From positions 1 to 58,834 of the IMG/VR virus record IMGVR_UViG_3300025645_000083: a stretch of DNA of 58,834 nt; one strand, 5' to 3'. Each line of letters begins with the position of its first letter. Position 1 is the first letter of the stretch. A program made the position numbers and the translations under genes. Shown here one piece after another: positions 55,965 through 58,834 of the stretch. The DNA is from a virus. Lineage: Duplodnaviria > Caudoviricetes. The notes beneath the pieces were generated by a model that saw only the letters and a list, made by a program, of their open reading frames with translations, was not told where the DNA came from and ran no database searches.

Positions 55965-56212
55965 CTCTCTTCTTCATATTGTGTAACAGCATTATCGAAG
56001 TTTCTACAATGCTTATAATGATCAAATAACACGAAGTCACAGTCACCTTTATAAACACTATCTAATACCTCATCCTGAGCTAAGAATAATTTCTTCTCAG
56101 ATATCCTCATTAGAATTTTAATTTGATCATTTGTAATCAAATCTAATACTTCATTCCAATCCTCTTTATAGAAGATCTTTGCTGCTAATTGTAATAATTG
56201 TTTTTTTTCCAT
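55961..56212 (-). CDS. Hypothetical protein
   Basis: Coupled on both sides (TAATG and ATGA). Confidence 0.65.
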   Translation of the reverse strand: MEKKQLLQLAAKIFYKEDWNEVLDLITNDQIKILMRISEKKLFLAQDEVLDSVYKGDCDFVLFDHYKHCRNFDNAVTQYEEER

Positions 56213-56721
56213 TAAAATATTTTTAAATATACTCCTGGATTCTCTTTATCGACAGAGTAGAATTCTTCATTTGCTCTTATATTCTTAGCATTAGGTAGTT
56301 CACCCTTAATTGTCATTGGGACAGGAAACACAAACTTAACATTATCATCTTCTATGAACCCGTGAGCAGTTAATAAATCCTGTATTATCTCTACGCTGTT
56401 ACTAAAATCAAACAATCTCTTGCTGTTTCTTACTTGGTGATACCCAATTACTATTGGATCACTTTTTCCTGCTTTCATTGCCGCAAATTGCGACCTCAAA
56501 GCTTCAAATTGATTAGGCCTAAGTGGATCAGCATATCCTTTTACCTCCTGTTTAGAGGATGAGAATTTCTGTATACCTAGTTTCCTAATATATTTGTTTA
56601 CAGTAGGAGAACTAAATATTCCTCTACTAGTCTTTACTTTACTGTTCTTTAATGAGGGCACATTCCCCGGGATGAATATCATCTCAGGGAATTTTACCTC
56701 TTTCTTATTCTTCTTTAACAT
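56212..56721 (-). CDS. RusA-like Holliday junction resolvase
   Basis: GNVPSLKN, RLFDFSN...QDLL..GFIEDDN, DKENPGV. Confidence 0.8.
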   Translation of the reverse strand: MLKKNKKEVKFPEMIFIPGNVPSLKNSKVKTSRGIFSSPTVNKYIRKLGIQKFSSSKQEVKGYADPLRPNQFEALRSQFAAMKAGKSDPIVIGYHQVRNSKRLFDFSNSVEIIQDLLTAHGFIEDDNVKFVFPVPMTIKGELPNAKNIRANEEFYSVDKENPGVYLKIF

Positions 56722-56724
56722 AAA

Positions 56725-58179
56725 TTATTTAGTTACATAATCAAACTTATTTGCACCACTATTATATGTTACACACTGTCTCATGGATTTGTAAGTAGCA
56801 AAAGCGCCTTCTCCACCCCAACCATGAAATTGTGTTCCACCAACACCAACCCAGAAAATATTTTTCTTATAATCAGAAACAGAATCTTCTCCGTCTGTGA
56901 TTACAACAGAATTTCTTCCATTTTGTGCGCATTGTAGTGTGACGTTGTCAAAGTTAGTTCCACCAGATCTATCAAAACCTAATATAGTAAACTCATTAAT
57001 GTTCTTGATCTCATAAATTTGAGAATCAAAGAAATATAACTTGTCTATCATATTCATTCTGTATAGAACCATTGCAATACCTTTAACGAGGTCAATCATT
57101 CTTATGTTAGTTCCTTCAAATTTCTCGTGTGAGCCCATTGAACCTGAGCAATCTAAATATAAATCTAGTTTGCCTTTGTATACCCTTGTTGCGTTACCAG
57201 GTGAAAGAAGCTCAGCATTTCTGAATATTGGGTGTAGAAATTCTAAACCAAATAAATCATCAAACTGCTCTGCCTCAAACAAGGTTTCTTCAACGGTATG
57301 GAACTTTTGTGAGAAATAGTTTTGAGACTCATCTAGGATCTTAACAAGAACTTGCTTAATGCTTTCTTTGTTTATAGATACTCTATCTAATGCCCCTTTA
57401 ATTTTCTCAATGCTGTTTAAGAAATCAGCGTCATTATTAGCTAAATCCGCTAAAGCCTCTTCTCCTAATTTCTCTGTAAGATCTTTCATAATCTTATCAG
57501 CATTATTCATAGCTTGTTCTAGTTGTTGCTCATTTTGAGCACTATCTAAAACTTTATCAGCCATGTCCTCCAAGTCTCCGTGTTTACCTTTGTTGTGGTC
57601 TTTTGATACTCCTTTACCTCCAGGCGTTTGCCCTTGGCCTTCTTCATCTCCATCACCAGGTTCTCCTTCTCCTTGTCCTTGTCCATCATCTTCCCCTTCG
57701 TCGTCTCCGTCGAAAGGTGATCCTGAACCTCCACCATTTTTCTCTTGTTCCTCTTTGAGTTCTCTCTCAATCTTTTGCATATACATAGCAAGTTCACGAG
57801 TTAAAACTTGTGAGAACAATGGTGAGTCTTCTGTTACAACCTTAGTTAAAGAATTATATACTTTATCCATTACCTTTTGCTTAACAACATTGGTTCTGTC
57901 AACAGGCTTTCTCTTGATATCTTTGTTGACGTACATTGAATATACATCATCAATCATATGCTGAGGAAGAGTACACTCTTCACCTGTTTTTTCTTCTACA
58001 TAATCTTTAATCTTTGTAAGCCTGAGTGACTCCCAGCTTGTTACGCCGGGAAGTATCACATGCTTATCTTTTTTCATTCCTAGGAATCCACTACCAGCTG
58101 AACTCCAGGTTCCGTAAGGATCCCAGCTAGGAGCTTTGAACTTCTCCCCGCTGTTTTCCCTTTTGCTGAATAGACTCAT
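56725..58179 (-). CDS. von Willebrand factor A (MIDAS) domain protein, typical partner of a MoxR AAA+ ATPase
   Basis: LDCSGSM, GGTNF and ITDGED; acidic Gly-rich linker. Confidence 0.85.
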   Translation of the reverse strand: MSLFSKRENSGEKFKAPSWDPYGTWSSAGSGFLGMKKDKHVILPGVTSWESLRLTKIKDYVEEKTGEECTLPQHMIDDVYSMYVNKDIKRKPVDRTNVVKQKVMDKVYNSLTKVVTEDSPLFSQVLTRELAMYMQKIERELKEEQEKNGGGSGSPFDGDDEGEDDGQGQGEGEPGDGDEEGQGQTPGGKGVSKDHNKGKHGDLEDMADKVLDSAQNEQQLEQAMNNADKIMKDLTEKLGEEALADLANNDADFLNSIEKIKGALDRVSINKESIKQVLVKILDESQNYFSQKFHTVEETLFEAEQFDDLFGLEFLHPIFRNAELLSPGNATRVYKGKLDLYLDCSGSMGSHEKFEGTNIRMIDLVKGIAMVLYRMNMIDKLYFFDSQIYEIKNINEFTILGFDRSGGTNFDNVTLQCAQNGRNSVVITDGEDSVSDYKKNIFWVGVGGTQFHGWGGEGAFATYKSMRQCVTYNSGANKFDYVTK

Positions 58180-58180
58180 A

Positions 58181-58834
58181 CTAGATGTTGTTAGCCATTT
58201 CAGTTAATACATCTTCCTCTTTCTTAAGGAATTCTAACTTATCCTCTTGCTCATCAACTCTGTTCTTGATATCAGCGACATCATCTGGCTGTACATAAAA
58301 TCTTCCTCTACCTGCATTAAACATTGATTCAATCTCTGCCTTATCACGTGGCCTGGCAGGTTTAAGTTTTATAGTTGCAACTAATTTTTCAGGAAAATCC
58401 TCAATAGTATTAGCACCTTCAAATGCTATATCACAATCTGTCATTGCAAGATTTCCTAATACCATAATAGGATTAAGTGGATTACCAACAGTAAGGTGCC
58501 ATTGGCCCGTAGGATCACCTGTTAATAATGATTGTGCGGCCTGTCCTCCTCCTGGTGTATTAAACATTTTCATTAACGGTCCACCTATTAGGTTGTTTAG
58601 CATTTTATTCTTTCCTAGATTCTTCCAATTTGCCGGATCAAGTACACTTTCAAAGGTTTTACCTAAATCCTCAATAACGGATCCTAGGAAACCCGCATAG
58701 TCACCTGATTTAAGTTTATTAAGATTACCAAGTGGTGGAACTACTGATCCTCCGGATCCACCTCCAACATATCTAACAGAACCTCCCCAAAAGGGTGCAT
58801 TGTTATATGTTAGTGCCAATAGATTTGCCAACTG
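58181..58834 (-). CDS. 5'-partial ORF, probably chimeric (large-myophage-like structural domain joined to an unrelated acidic tail)
   Basis: Open to the window edge; LTGDPTGQWHLTVGNPLNPIMxxGNL...DFP...PRD...IESMFNxGxGRFY followed by a charged helical tail. Confidence 0.5.
   Translation of the reverse strand, partial: QLANLLALTYNNAPFWGGSVRYVGGGSGGSVVPPLGNLNKLKSGDYAGFLGSVIEDLGKTFESVLDPANWKNLGKNKMLNNLIGGPLMKMFNTPGGGQAAQSLLTGDPTGQWHLTVGNPLNPIMVLGNLAMTDCDIAFEGANTIEDFPEKLVATIKLKPARPRDKAEIESMFNAGRGRFYVQPDDVADIKNRVDEQEDKLEFLKKEEDVLTEMANNI

Noticed and set aside
1-58834. Stop-codon reassignment (TAG or TGA), known in some crAss-like phages
   Set aside because: Code 11 gives dense, full-length genes, including the 3525-aa RNAP; TAG and TGA occur at gene ends followed closely by new starts.

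Overview
This window is about 59 kb of an AT-rich crAss-like (Crassvirales) podophage genome. It most resembles Steigviridae such as crAss001 and Cellulophaga phi14:2, so the host is probably a Bacteroidota/Flavobacteriia; this rests on recalled family motifs and gene order, and no search was run. Plus strand (1-49671): tail fibre and adhesin genes, holin, M15 endolysin, an accessory structural cassette, a scaffold candidate, major capsid protein, portal-auxiliary/ring/auxiliary-capsid/tail-hub/IHF/muzzle genes, ejected cargo proteins and a 3525-aa virion RNA polymerase (DFDID motif). Minus strand (49714-end): HNH endonuclease, small genes, class II B12-dependent ribonucleotide reductase, PD-(D/E)XK nuclease, RusA-like resolvase and a vWA protein. 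The standard genetic code fits, and no tRNA or CRISPR array was seen. Main leads: (1) two cadherin/Ig-like proteins whose last domain lacks its final beta-strand, plus an unannotated 13-aa ORF encoding only that strand, suggesting a donor-strand-complemented pilus-like fibre with a micropeptide cap; (2) a three-gene cassette with a similar shaft/tip/base logic; (3) a conserved palindrome-plus-promoter element upstream of the lysis and capsid operons; (4) an FtsK-gamma domain inside a cargo protein; (5) a probably chimeric ORF at the right edge.
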